Part shown: piece after piece, positions 49,685-60,451 of the stretch
Layout of the letters: each line of letters opens with the position of its first letter
How positions within the stretch are numbered: position 1 is the stretch's first letter
Origin: Zygnema circumcarinatum SAG 698-1b
Lineage: Eukaryota; Plantae; Zygnematophyceae
Reading direction: 5' to 3'
Assembly: GCA_037447605.1 (NCBI GenBank)
Contig: CM074812.1
Location: forward strand, 2,170,001 to 2,234,000
Length of the DNA stretch: 64,000 bases
Notes under the pieces: model-generated
The model's database searches: none
What the model saw: the letters and a program-made list of their open reading frames with translations, nothing else
Told to the model about the DNA's origin: nothing
Position numbers and translations under genes: made by a program

Positions 49685-52600
49685 ATGCTTAGATGCAGCC
49701 GCCACTCTCTTTCGGCGACATGTGTAGCCTCCCTCCTCGTGATCTCCTGCTTGGTGATCTATAACCTGCCGGACTTGCTTTCATTGAGCCCAATGGACCT
49801 ACTCCGAGGCCAGCCCGGCGGCGGGCTCAAGCTTGAGGAGGTAGAGCAGGGCGGCGATAGGGCTGCCATTTCGCAGGGGAGTGAAGATCCAACTCTCCAG
49901 GAGCAGATCAAGGGTCAAGAACCTACATCAAATTTCGGAAAACGGGTGGGCGACATGCTTGATCTGCTTCCACACATCTTTTCTTCTTCTCCTCCACCAC
50001 CCTCCCCTCCCCCACCCTCTCCTCCCCCACCCTCTCCTCCCCCANNNNNNNNNNCCTCCCTCTCTCCCCGTTCCTTCCCCTCCCCCTCCCCCTCCCTCCC
50101 CTCCGTCTCCCTCCCCTTCACCTCCCGCTCCTCCCCCTCCACAACCTCTATGGCGGACCGGGCTTGGGGAGAAGCATCTCGACCTAACTCAGAAATACCT
50201 TATGTATGATCGACATGGCCGCGACTTTTTTGCGGGTGTGAGCCATCGTACATGGAGCCTCACTTGCATGCTGGGAGAGGCAATGCTGCTGCGCCGTATT
50301 TTCGTAATGGACACGGAAATTGGCATTGTTTTTGTACATAACAATGGTGTGAACGCCATCAACAAATATGAGCAATACTTTAGTCTCTGGTCTATGCGCA
50401 GGTGCGTAGAGCCAATACCCCACGAGTCTTCTAAACTTGGGTCTCTAATTGCTCAGCTTCAATGTGGTTCTCAAAGTCTCTGTGTATTGTAAATTTCAAA
50501 GCTTTCAGAAGGATCACTCAAACATATGTAGGAAAAGTAGAATGCTGGGAGGATGAGTTGGTTAGGACCAGTTAACAGGCAGAATTTTGCCTTTACTTTT
50601 GAAGGAAAGGGACCCACCATACCTCCCTCCCTAAGTTGATTAATTGACTTAAAGGCTCAGAATGGGTATTTTTTGCATTTCACAGAACCCTTCCCATCAT
50701 AGAAAGGCCAACATTCTTGTCAGAGTGGGAAGCTTGGAACAAGAGCCATCCTAACGACCCGGTCTCGGTTCTAAGGGTTCCAATTGAAGATGGACCCCTT
50801 GTTGAGGAACTTGATCGCAGCAATGCAACAATCATTGTACGGGAATACGTAAATGATACAGGTTATGGGTTTACGACCTGCACAAGGAATCCGGTAAGGG
50901 GGGGACAGTTTCTCCATAATCGTGGAAATTGGGGTTCCTTTGAAGGGCTTCTGCAGAGTTATTTAGGAGCCTAAAGAGCCCTGCCAGAGGGAGGAGGGGG
51001 GGAGAGGGGGAAGAGGAGAGGAGGGAGGGAGGAGGGGGGGAGAGGGGGAAGAGGAGAGGAGGGAGGGAGGAGGGGGGCAGAGGGGGAAGAAGAGAACAGG
51101 AGCGAAGGAGGAGGGGTGGAGAGGGGGAAGAGGAGAGGAGGGAGGGAGGAGGAGGGGAGAGGGGAAAGAAGAGAGGAGGGAGGGAGGAGGGGGGGAGAGG
51201 GGGAAGAGAAGAGAAGAGGAGGGAGGGAGGAGGGGTGGAGAGGGGGAAGAGGAGAGGAGGGAGGGAGGAGGGGTGGAGAGGGGGAAGAGGAGAGGACGGA
51301 GGGAGGAAGAGGGGGAAGAGGAGAGGAGGGAGGGAGGAGGGGGGGAGAGGGAAGAGAAGAGGAGGGAAGGAGGAGGGGTGGAGAGGGGGAAGAGGAGAGG
51401 AGGGAGGGAGGAGGAGGGGAGAGGGGAAAGAAGAGAGGAGGGAGGGAGGAGGGGGGGAGAGGGGGAAGAGAAGAGAAGAGGAGGGAGGGAGGAGGGGAGG
51501 AGAGGGGGGTGAGGAGAGGAGGGAGGGAGGAGGGGGGGGGAGGGGGGAGAAGAGAGGAGGGAGGGAGGAGGGGTGGAGAGGGGGATGAGGAGAGGAGGGA
51601 GGGGGGAGGGGGGGAGAGGGGGAAGAGGAGGGGAGGGAGGGCGCAGGGGGGGGGTGGAGGAAGAGGAGAGGAGGGAGGGAGGAGGGGGGAGAGGGGGAAG
51701 AGAAGAGGAGGGAAGGAGGGGAGGGGGGGAGAAGAGAAGAGGAGGGAAGGAGGAGGGGTGGAGAGGGGGAGGGAGAGGAGGGAGGGAGGAGGAGGGGAGA
51801 GGGGAAAGAAGAGAGGAGGGAGGGAGGAGGGGGGGAGAGGGGGAAGAGAAGAGAAGAGGAGGGAGGGAGGAGGGGTGGAGAGGGGGATGAGGAGAGGAGG
51901 GAGGGGGGAGGGGGGGAGAGGGGGAAGAGAGGGAGGAGGGGGGGAGAGGGGGAGAGAAGAGAAGAGGAGGGAGGGAGGAGGGGTGGAGAGGGGGAAGAGG
52001 AGAGGAGGGAGGGAGGAGGAGGGGAGAGGGGAAAGAAGAGAGGAGGGAGGGAGGAGGGGTGGAGAGGGGGATGAGGAGAGGAGGGAGGGGGGAGGGGGGG
52101 AGAGGGGGAAGAGAAGCGAGAGAGGGGGGCAGGGAGGGAGGGAGGGAGAGGGGGGAGGGGGAAGAGGAGAGGAGGGAAGGAGGAGGGGGAAGAGGGGGAG
52201 GAGAGGAGGGAGGGAGGAGGGAGGGAAGAGAGAGGGAGGGAAGGAGGAGGGGTGGAGAGGGGGAAGAGGAGAGGAGGGAGGGAGGAGGGGGGGAGAGGGA
52301 AAGAAGAGAGGAGGGAGGGAGGAGGGGGGGAGAGGGGGAAGAGAAGAGAAGAGGAGGGAGGGAGGAGGGGGGGAGAGGGAAGAGGAGAGGAGGGAGGGAG
52401 GAGGGGGGGAGAGGGGGAAGAGAAGAGAAGAGGAGGGAGGGAGGAGGGGTGGAGAGGGGGATGAGGAGAGGAGGGAGGGAGGAGGGGGGGAGAGGGGGAA
52501 GAGGAGAGGAGGGAGGGAGGAGGGGGGAGAGGGGGAAGAGAAGAGAAGAGGAGGGAGGGAGGAGGGGTGGAGAGGGGGAAGAGGAGAGGAGGGAGGGAGG

Positions 52601-55600
52601 AGGGGGGGAGAGGGGGAAGAGGAGAGGAGGGAGGGAGGAGGGGGGGAGAGGGGGAAGGAAGAGAAGAGGAGGGAAGGAGGAGGGGTGGAGAGGGGGATGA
52701 GGAGAGGAGGGAGGAGGGGGGGGAGGGGGGGAGAGGGGGAAGAGGGGGAGGAAGAGGAGAGGAGGGAGGGAGGAGGGGGGGAGAGGGGGAAGAGGAGAGG
52801 AGGGAGGGAGGAGGGGGAAGAGGGGGAAGAGGAGAGGAGGGAGGGAGGAGGGGGGGAGAGAGGGGGAAGAGGAGAGGGGGATGAGGAGAGAGGGGGGAAG
52901 AGGGGCAAGAGGAGAGGAGGTAGTGAGGAGGGGGGGAGAGTGGGAAGAGAAGAGGAGGGAAGGAGGAGGGGTGGAGAGGGGGAAGAGGAGAGGAGGGAGG
53001 GAGGAGGAGGGGAGAGGGGAAAGAAGAGAGGAGGGAGGGAGGAGGGGGGGAGAGGGGGAAGAGAAGAGAAGAGGAGGGAGGGAGGAGGGGTGGAGAGGGG
53101 GAAGAGGAGAGGAGGGAGGGAGGAGGGGGGGAGAGGGGGAAGAGGAGGGAGGGAGGGAGGAGGGGGGGAGAGGGGGAAGAGAAGAGAAGAGGAGGGAGGG
53201 AGGAGGGGTGGAGAGGGGGATGAGGAGAGGAGGGAGGGGGGAGGGGGGGAGAGGGGGAAGAGGAGAGGAGGGAGGGAGGAGGGGGGGAGAGGGGGAAGAG
53301 GAGAGGAGGGAGGGAGGGGGGGGGAGAGGGGGAAGAGGAGAGGAGGGAGGGAGGAGGGGGGGAGGAGAGGAGAGGAGGAGGAGGAGGAGAGGGGGAAGAG
53401 GAGAGGAGGGAGGGAGGAGGAGGGGAGAGGGGAAAGAAGAGAGGAGGGAGCGAGGAGGGGGGGAGAGGGGGAAGAGAAGAGAAGAGGAGGGAGGGAGGAG
53501 GGGTGGAGAGGGGGAAGAGGAGAGGAGGGAGGGAGGGAGGGGGGGAGAGGGGGAAGAGGAGAGGAGGGAGGGAGGAGGGGGGGAGAGGGGAGAAGAGAAG
53601 AGGAGGGAGGGAGGAGGGGTGGAGAGGGGGATGAGGAGAGGAGGGAGGGGGGAGGGGGGGAGAGGGGGAAGAGGAGAGAAGGGAGGGAGGAGGGGGGGAG
53701 AGGGGGAAGAGGAGAGGAGGGAGGGAGGAGGGGGGGAGAGGGGGAAGAGGAGAGGAGGGAGGGAGGAGGGGGGGAGAGGGGGAAGAGGAGAGGAGGGAGG
53801 GAGGAGGGGGGAGAGGGGGAAGAGGAGAGGAGGGAGGGAGGAGGGGGGGAGAGGGGGAAGAGGAGAGGAGGGAGGGAGGAGGGGGGGAGAGGGGGAAGAG
53901 AAGAGGAGGGAAGGAGGAGGGGTGGAGAGGGGGAAGAGGAGAGGAGGGAGGGAGGAGGAGGGGAGAGGGGAAAGAAGAGAGGAGGGAGGGAAGGAGGGAG
54001 AGGGAAGAGAAGAGAGAGGAGGGAGGGAGGAGGGGTGGAGAGGGGGAGAGGAGAGGAGGAGGGAGAAGGGGGAGAGGAGAGGAGGAGGGAGGAGGGAGGA
54101 GGGGGGAGAGGGAAGAGAAGAGAAGAGGAGGGAGGGAGGAGGGGTGGAGAGGGGGATGAGGAGAGGAGGGAGGGAGGAGGGGTGGAGAGGGGGAAGAGGA
54201 GAGGACGGAGGGAGGAGGGGGGAAGAGGGGGAAGAGGAGAGGAGGGAGGGAGGAGGGGGGGAGAGGGGGAAGAGGAGAGGAGGGAGGGAGGAGGGGGGAG
54301 AGGAGGGAAGGAAGGAGGAGGGGTGGAGAGGGGGAAGAGGAGAGGAGGGAGGGAGGAGGAGGGGAGAGGGAAAGAAGAGAGGAGGGAGGGAGGAGGGGGG
54401 GAGAGGGGGAAGAGAAGAGAAGAGGAGGGAGGGAGGAGGGGTGGAGAGGGGGAAGAGGAGAGGAGGGAGGGAGAAGGGGGGGAGAGGGGGAAGAGAGGGG
54501 GAAGAGGGGGGGAAGAGAAGAGGAGGGAGGGAGGAGGGGTGGAGAGGGGGATGAGGAGAGGAGGGAGGGGGGAGGGGGGGAGAGGGGGAAGAGGAGAGAA
54601 GGGAGGGAGGAGGGGGGGAGAGGGGGAAGAGGAGAGGAGGGAGGGAGGGGGGGGGGAGAGGGGGAAGAGATGACTCCTTCCTCCCTATCCTCCCTCCCTA
54701 TCCTCCCTCCCTATCCTCCCTCCCTATCCTCCCTCCCTCCCTCCCTATCCTCCCTCCCTCCCTCCCTATCCTCCCTCCCTCCTCCCTCCCTCCCTCCCTC
54801 CCCATCCTCCCCTCCCTCCCCATCCTCCCCTCCCTCCCTATCCTCCCTCCCTATCCTCCCTCCCTATCCTCCCTCCCTCCCTCCCTATCCTCCCTCCCTC
54901 CCTATCCTCCCTCCCTCCCTCCCTCCCTCCCTATCCTCCCTCCCTCCCTCCCTCCCTCCCTATCCTCCCTCCCTCCCTCCCTATCCTCCCTCCCTCCCTC
55001 CCTATCCTCCCTCCCTATCCTCCCTCCCTATCCTCCCTCCCTCGCTCCCTAACCTCCCTCCCTCCCTCCCTCCCTCTACTCCCTCCCTACCTCCCTCCCT
55101 CCCTCCCTCCCTCCCTCCCTCCCTCCCTCCCTATCCTCCCTCCCTATCCTCCCTCCCTCCGTCCCCTTCCTTCCTCTCTCCCTCATCCCCCCTCCACTTC
55201 CTCCCACTCCACCCCACCCCCTCCCCCTCCCTTTCCTGCCTACCCCCATCCCCCTCCTTTCCTCCCTTTCCCCTCTCCCTTCCTCTTCAGAAAGGCTTGT
55301 TTTTGTTCCTCCTAACCGTTTGCTTTTGCCGACTGTTTCTTCAAACCACCGCAGTTTGTTGGAAGTATTGAAACAAAAGGGGATCCCCGAAAAAAGCACA
55401 ATTTATATTTCAACAAACGAGAAGGAAGTGGGGTTTTTTGATCCACTTGCTGCTCACTATAATATAAGGCAATTGAGCGACTACTCTCGCTTATGGGCTA
55501 AGGGAACCGAGTGGTGGTACAGCCAAAAATATTTCACAGGGCCATCTAAAGACCCTTCATTTGATGGAATCATGGCGGTAAGGACCCTCTAATTCCCTTT

Positions 55601-56177
55601 GCAACTTTCAACTTTCAACCCTTTAGTACGTTTCAACTTTCAACTCTTTAGTAAGTTTCAACTTTCAATCTTTTCGTAAGTTTCAACTTTCAACCCTTTA
55701 GTACGTTTCAACTTTCAACCCTTTGGTAAGTCTCAACTTTTAACCCTTTAGTAAGTTTCAGCTTTCAACCCTTTAGTGTGAGTCCTTAAGCATGTCATAG
55801 TCAAGCAGGAGGTAGGCGCACCTTTTTCCCTTCTACCCTATACTCTTTACTAGTGGCCTGTGCTCCTATCCAGCCTTCACTAGTAGCTGATCCGCCATGG
55901 TTGTGCGTGTAGAGCTTCCTCCCTGTTGCTTGCTTTTCAAGGTTGAAGCCCAATTCCAATAGACAGGCAGTCATTTCAGACTATTTTTGTAGGAAATTTG
56001 GAATATGCCAATTGCCAATTGTATGCTTGCTTTGAAAGATACTTTGGCAACAAATGCGAAGACTTGTCTGCTTCTGTGGAAATTTCATGCCTGCAGAACT
56101 GTCAATGAGAGAAGTGGGAGGGTCTGAGGTCTAACCTGCACATGCTCATATGCCCTCTCTCTCTCTCCTCTCTCTCT

Positions 56178-56245
<68 letters not shown>

Positions 56246-56360
56246 CTCATGTCGGTGAATGCAGGGGATAGTGGACTATGCAGTTATGGGACGCGCTTCT
56301 CAAGTGATAGAAACGTTCTATGACTTGACATCAGATCCAAAGGATGGGCTGCCGGGCTAA
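49685..56360 (+). CDS. SUB1-like (Short Under Blue light 1 / O-fucosyltransferase-fold) type II membrane protein; exons 49685-50401 (N gap inside), 50686-50893, ~55355-55577, 56265-56360; central segment not found
   Basis: N-terminal TM, Pro-rich stem, then KYLMYDRHGRDF...WSLTCMLGEAMLLRRIFVMD, FLSEWEAWNKSH, IYISTNEKEVGFFDPLAAHYNIRQLSDYSRLWAKGTEWW, FDGIMA|GIVDYAVMGRASQVIETFYDLTSDPKDG. These parallel my recollection of the Arabidopsis SUB1 family (LCGLGEAMYLNRTFVMD, LYVATNE, VEFDGYM, VETFYNLTTDCKDG). Confidence 0.8.
50985..55290. repeat. ~3.7-kb purine-only (GA) tract followed by ~0.6-kb CT tract in SUB1-like intron
   Basis: Directly visible. The switch point is at ~54670; source of the 1185-aa and 645-aa spurious ORFs. 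Confidence 0.95.
55604..55778. repeat. ~24-bp tandem repeat (tttcaactttcaaccctttagta..) x ~7
   Basis: Directly visible in the last SUB1-like intron. Confidence 0.85.
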
Positions 56361-57199
56361 AAGTGATTAGGGTATTTCAATGTTCGCAATTTCTCTCATA
56401 TTTAAAATAAGCGCTCTCCTGCGAGCTTCTCCCTCCTCTCTCCTTCCTCCTCCCTCCTCTCTCCTTCCTCCTCCCTCCTCCCTCCCTCCTTCCTCCTCCC
56501 TGCTCCCTCCTTTCTCCCTCCTTCCTCCCTCCTCCCTCCCTCCTTGGTCCTCCGGTCCTCCCTCCCCTCCCTCCCTCCCTCCCTCCCTCCCTCCCTCCTT
56601 TCCTCCCTCTCTCCCTCCTCCCCCCCTCCCTCCCTCCTTCCCTCCTTCCTCCTCCCTCCTCCCCCCTCCCTCCCTCCTGAGGAACGTTCTGGCAGGCTGG
56701 CTCCAGCGATGCAGATCTGTACTCTAGACCCTACGTTAGACGCATAGGTGTAGCTAGTTCGGCAGCTTGTAGGCTTCAAATGCGCAGATGCTTAGTCGAG
56801 GTTTTCTTTATTTAGGAACTTTTTATGCTCTGTTTACCCTTTGTTCCATTGAAATGAAATATGTTCGATTGTGGGTATGAAGCTTTGTGATGATGTAATG
56901 GCTGGCCTGCTTTGGTAATATATCTCTCTCTTTCTTTCTCTCTCTCGTCCTATCTCTCTCTCTCTCTCTCCCTCCCTCTCTGCTCTCTGTCTGCGAATGC
57001 GTTTTGCGGACGTGGCGCTAATGTGAAAACCACCTGGCGATGACGTGGCTTTCACGACATTGGCCACGGTTCCATGGACAGTTTTGCCGTCGTGTACGAC
57101 GCGTTTCCAGGTTCCACGAACCGCAACAAAACGACAAGAATAACATGTGCATGGTTCGTCGTTGTTATTCTTCATTGCATGTGTGCAAATTTTTTCTAG

Positions 57200-57235
<36 letters not shown>

Positions 57236-57424
57236 AACTCTACATGCCTCTATTCAAAAGGTACGTGTGTCCTATAAGCATTCGCACTCAGAAATTTGCT
57301 CAGTTGCTCTTGTACAAAAACAACAACAAGAACAAAATTCGCGTCCGCATGCGAACACCATGCACTTGACGAACACCAAACTACAAGCCTTTCCATGTCG
57401 GCACTCTATGTCGCGCCGTTCCGT

Positions 57425-58795
57425 CAGATCCCGTTTGCTGCGATGTGCAGGTGAACTAGCGACCGGCCTTTCCTTGCCGCTCGGCGTATTCTTTTGTCCT
57501 TTTGCTAAAAGACAAATTGTTTTTGGACGTTTCTAGAATTGTCTCATTAACTGTCGCCGTCCCGTCGACGTGTTTGGCAAGTACGACAAAACTTTTTGTA
57601 CAGACATGTCGTATGGAAAATTCTATTCTCACACCTTTTTTGTCTACGCACAGACCTCTTTTCGCTGGGCAGATTTTAAAATAGACAAAAAAGGAACACA
57701 CCTTTCACACCTTTTTTTTTTCACCTTTTTTTTCACATCTTTTTGGAATCGATACACGCTACTAGTGCTGAGCGGCCGAGCGCCGTGAGACCTTTTTCTG
57801 TCGGGCAGATTTTACTCCTTATCTGCCTGCCCGAATCCGCTCGGAGCGGAAGATCCGTCCGCCACGAGATCGTTCGCGGGTGGCCGTCCTTCACACGTGC
57901 AATAATTTTCCGCCGTCGATATTCACGCAGATCGCACCATGGCAGATCACCGTTCGATCAGCAGCCGGGCTCTGTCCCACGTGTCCCACCCAAGCCGGCT
58001 CCAAGGACCGTACAAAAGGCGTACGCCCGCAGCTTCGAGGAAAGTCAAAAAACGTAATAATTAAAGTTGAGTGCCTCTACCAATCACAGTTTGCCACGTC
58101 TAAAAAGAGCACGCGGCAGATGGTGATTGGTTCAAGCTCGCAATGTAAGGAATTTAGACTTTCCTCGAAGCTGCGACCGTACGAGTTGTGTACGGTCCTC
58201 GAGCCTGCTCGGGTGGGACACGTGGGCGTGTGCCATTCGCTGGAACCGAGCCCGGCTGCCGATCGAACGGTGATCTGCCGTGGTGTGATCTTCTCTAGAA
58301 TCGACGGTGTATAGTTTCTGCACGTGTGAAGGACGGCCACCCGCGAACGATCTCGTGGCGGACGGATCTTCCGCTCCGAGCGGATTCGGGCAGGCAGATA
58401 AGGAGTAAAATCTGCCCGACAGAAAAAGGTCTCACGGCGCTCGGCCGCTCAGCACTAGTAGCGTGTATCGATTCCAAAAAGATGTGAAAAAAAAGGTGAA
58501 AAAAAAAAGGTGTGAAAGGTGTGTTCCTTTTTTGTCTATTTTAAAATCTGCCCAGCGAAAAGAGGTCTGTGCGTAGACAAAAAAGGTGTGAGAATAGAAT
58601 TTTCCATACGACATGTCTGTACAAAAAGTTTTGTCGTACTTGCCAAACACGTCGACGGGACGGCGACAGTTAATGAGACAATTCTAGAAACGTCCAAAAA
58701 CAATTTGTCTTTTAGCAAAAGGACAAAAGAATACGCCGAGCGGCAAGGAAAGGCCGGTCGCTAGTTCACCTGCACATCGCAGCAAACGGGATCTG
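57425..58795. repeat. ~1.37-kb palindrome: 477-bp apparently perfect arms (57425-57901 / 58319-58795) plus imperfect inner arms; foldback-element-like
   Basis: Mirror ORFs (57456-57701 minus = 58519-58764 plus; 57570-57788 plus = 58432-58650 minus). Related sequence at ~8400-8610 and 58806-59040. The right arm ends at an N gap. Confidence 0.85.
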
Positions 58796-59559
58796 NNNNN
58801 NNNNNCTCCGAGTGGATTCGGGCAGGCCGATATTTTTTTCTTTGAAAAAAACAAGAAGGGGTAAAATCTGCCCGATGGAGAAAGGTGTGTATCGATTTCA
58901 AAAAGGTGGGAAAAAAAAGGTGAAAAAAAAAAGGTGAGAAGGTGTGAAAGGTGTGTTCTTTTTTTGTGCTATTTTAAAATCTGCCCGGCGAAAAGAGGCC
59001 TGTGTGTAGACAAAAAAGGTGTGAGAATAGAATTTTCCATGTCGTATTAGTGTACGGCCGAAACAGCATCATTTTTGTCGTGTTCTTTTTGCTGATTCAG
59101 CGAGTTCGAAGCACCATTCAGGGACTGACACGTGTCAAATTTGCAGCCGTGGCGGCAGGAAGGCCAATCATGTATTGCCAAGTGACAATAACAACAGCGT
59201 ACGGTATTCGAAAGGTCCTGATTCTGAATATCTTAGGCCATAGTTGATCCGGTCTACTTTGCAAAATATCATTGGTTCTACATCTCCTTCAATTCATGCG
59301 ATTGGTTTGTACAGTTCCTTAACCAATTCACCCGATTAGTTCGTACGGTTTCTTCCAATTAGGGGGAGTCAGACCTTGACCATCGCCCGCGGAATTGAAA
59401 GATTCCGCCGGAGGAAAGGTATTGATTTCGATTGCAGAATTCGGTTCGGAAACCGCGGCTCCCCCCGAACCTGTCTGTCCCGTCCGTACTTCGAAATAGG
59501 TTACAAAAATGAGATGCAGGCTCGGCGCCCGAGCCTGTCGAACGTCCACTTTTGGCGAA

Positions 59560-60340
59560 AAAGGGCTGCCGTACAATGCGGAATTGGCCCGTACAGTAGG
59601 ACCCCGTCATATTTTCCACCATCAAAAGTGCGTCCCCAAGAAATTCGCCCCGATTTTGCCGAAACCACCTTTTTGTACGGTAACTTGTGTTAGCCGTACT
59701 ATTCGTACTATTCGTACTAACCGTACTAACCGTACTAACCGTACTTCTCGTACTAGCTGTACTAGCCGTCACGGGCTTACGCAAAACTCACCTATTCTCC
59801 CCGCACGTGCCGCCGTAAGAGGCGCTCGCTCTTCTCCACTTCTTCTTGGTTTCGATACGATACGATACACCCCGATACGGTACTAGCCGTACTAGCCGTA
59901 CGAGCTGTAGTAGCCGTTACGGGCTCGAAGCTTTTTGGTTTGCTGCCTCAGTAAACGCTAAGGCGTGCTTCATGTACTGTATGCTGTTAGCCACGATACG
60001 CTACGGTACGATGCGGTGCGATACGACAGCAAACGATACGATATGGTGCGATACGATACGTACGGACCTACATGAACTCTAACATAATTTCGCTCGCCTA
60101 TTGGTAACACGGACCTTATATTTGCCAAATACAATATTTTCGCCCGATTTTTGCCAAATGTAGGTGGAAAATATGACGGGGTCCTACTGTACTTAGATCC
60201 GTACTTAGAAAAGCCAAAAATTGGAGTCACCGTCATTCTGATTGTCCGTAAAATTCCGTTAAAACGGTTGCTTCCGTCGGCGCGTCTAGGCAGGAACCAC
60301 CCCACGATACAGTACGTCCAAACCGACCACTGTACGAACA
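59560..60340. mobile_element. Probable non-autonomous DNA-transposon remnant with CGTAC/GATAC motif arrays and a 30-bp inverted repeat
   Basis: gtacagtaggaccccgtcatattttccacc (~59590) is inverted at ~60163-60192. Arrays of ccgtactaa and gatacgatac. Termini not identified. Confidence 0.4.
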
Positions 60341-60451
60341 ATCAGTATCTTTCGCCCAGCTGTACGGCCTGGTCCTGGGCCTGCGCACGGGGGACTGCTC
60401 CTCTCGTGGTTTGTGGAATTAGGGTGAAGGGTCGCGAGGGCGCGAGGAGCC

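Noticed and set aside
50971-54673. Very long ORFs (1185, 645, 557 aa) of G/R/E or P/S/L
   Set aside because: Purine-only tracts cannot contain stop codons on the + strand and have few on the minus strand. They lie in an intron and have no domain content.
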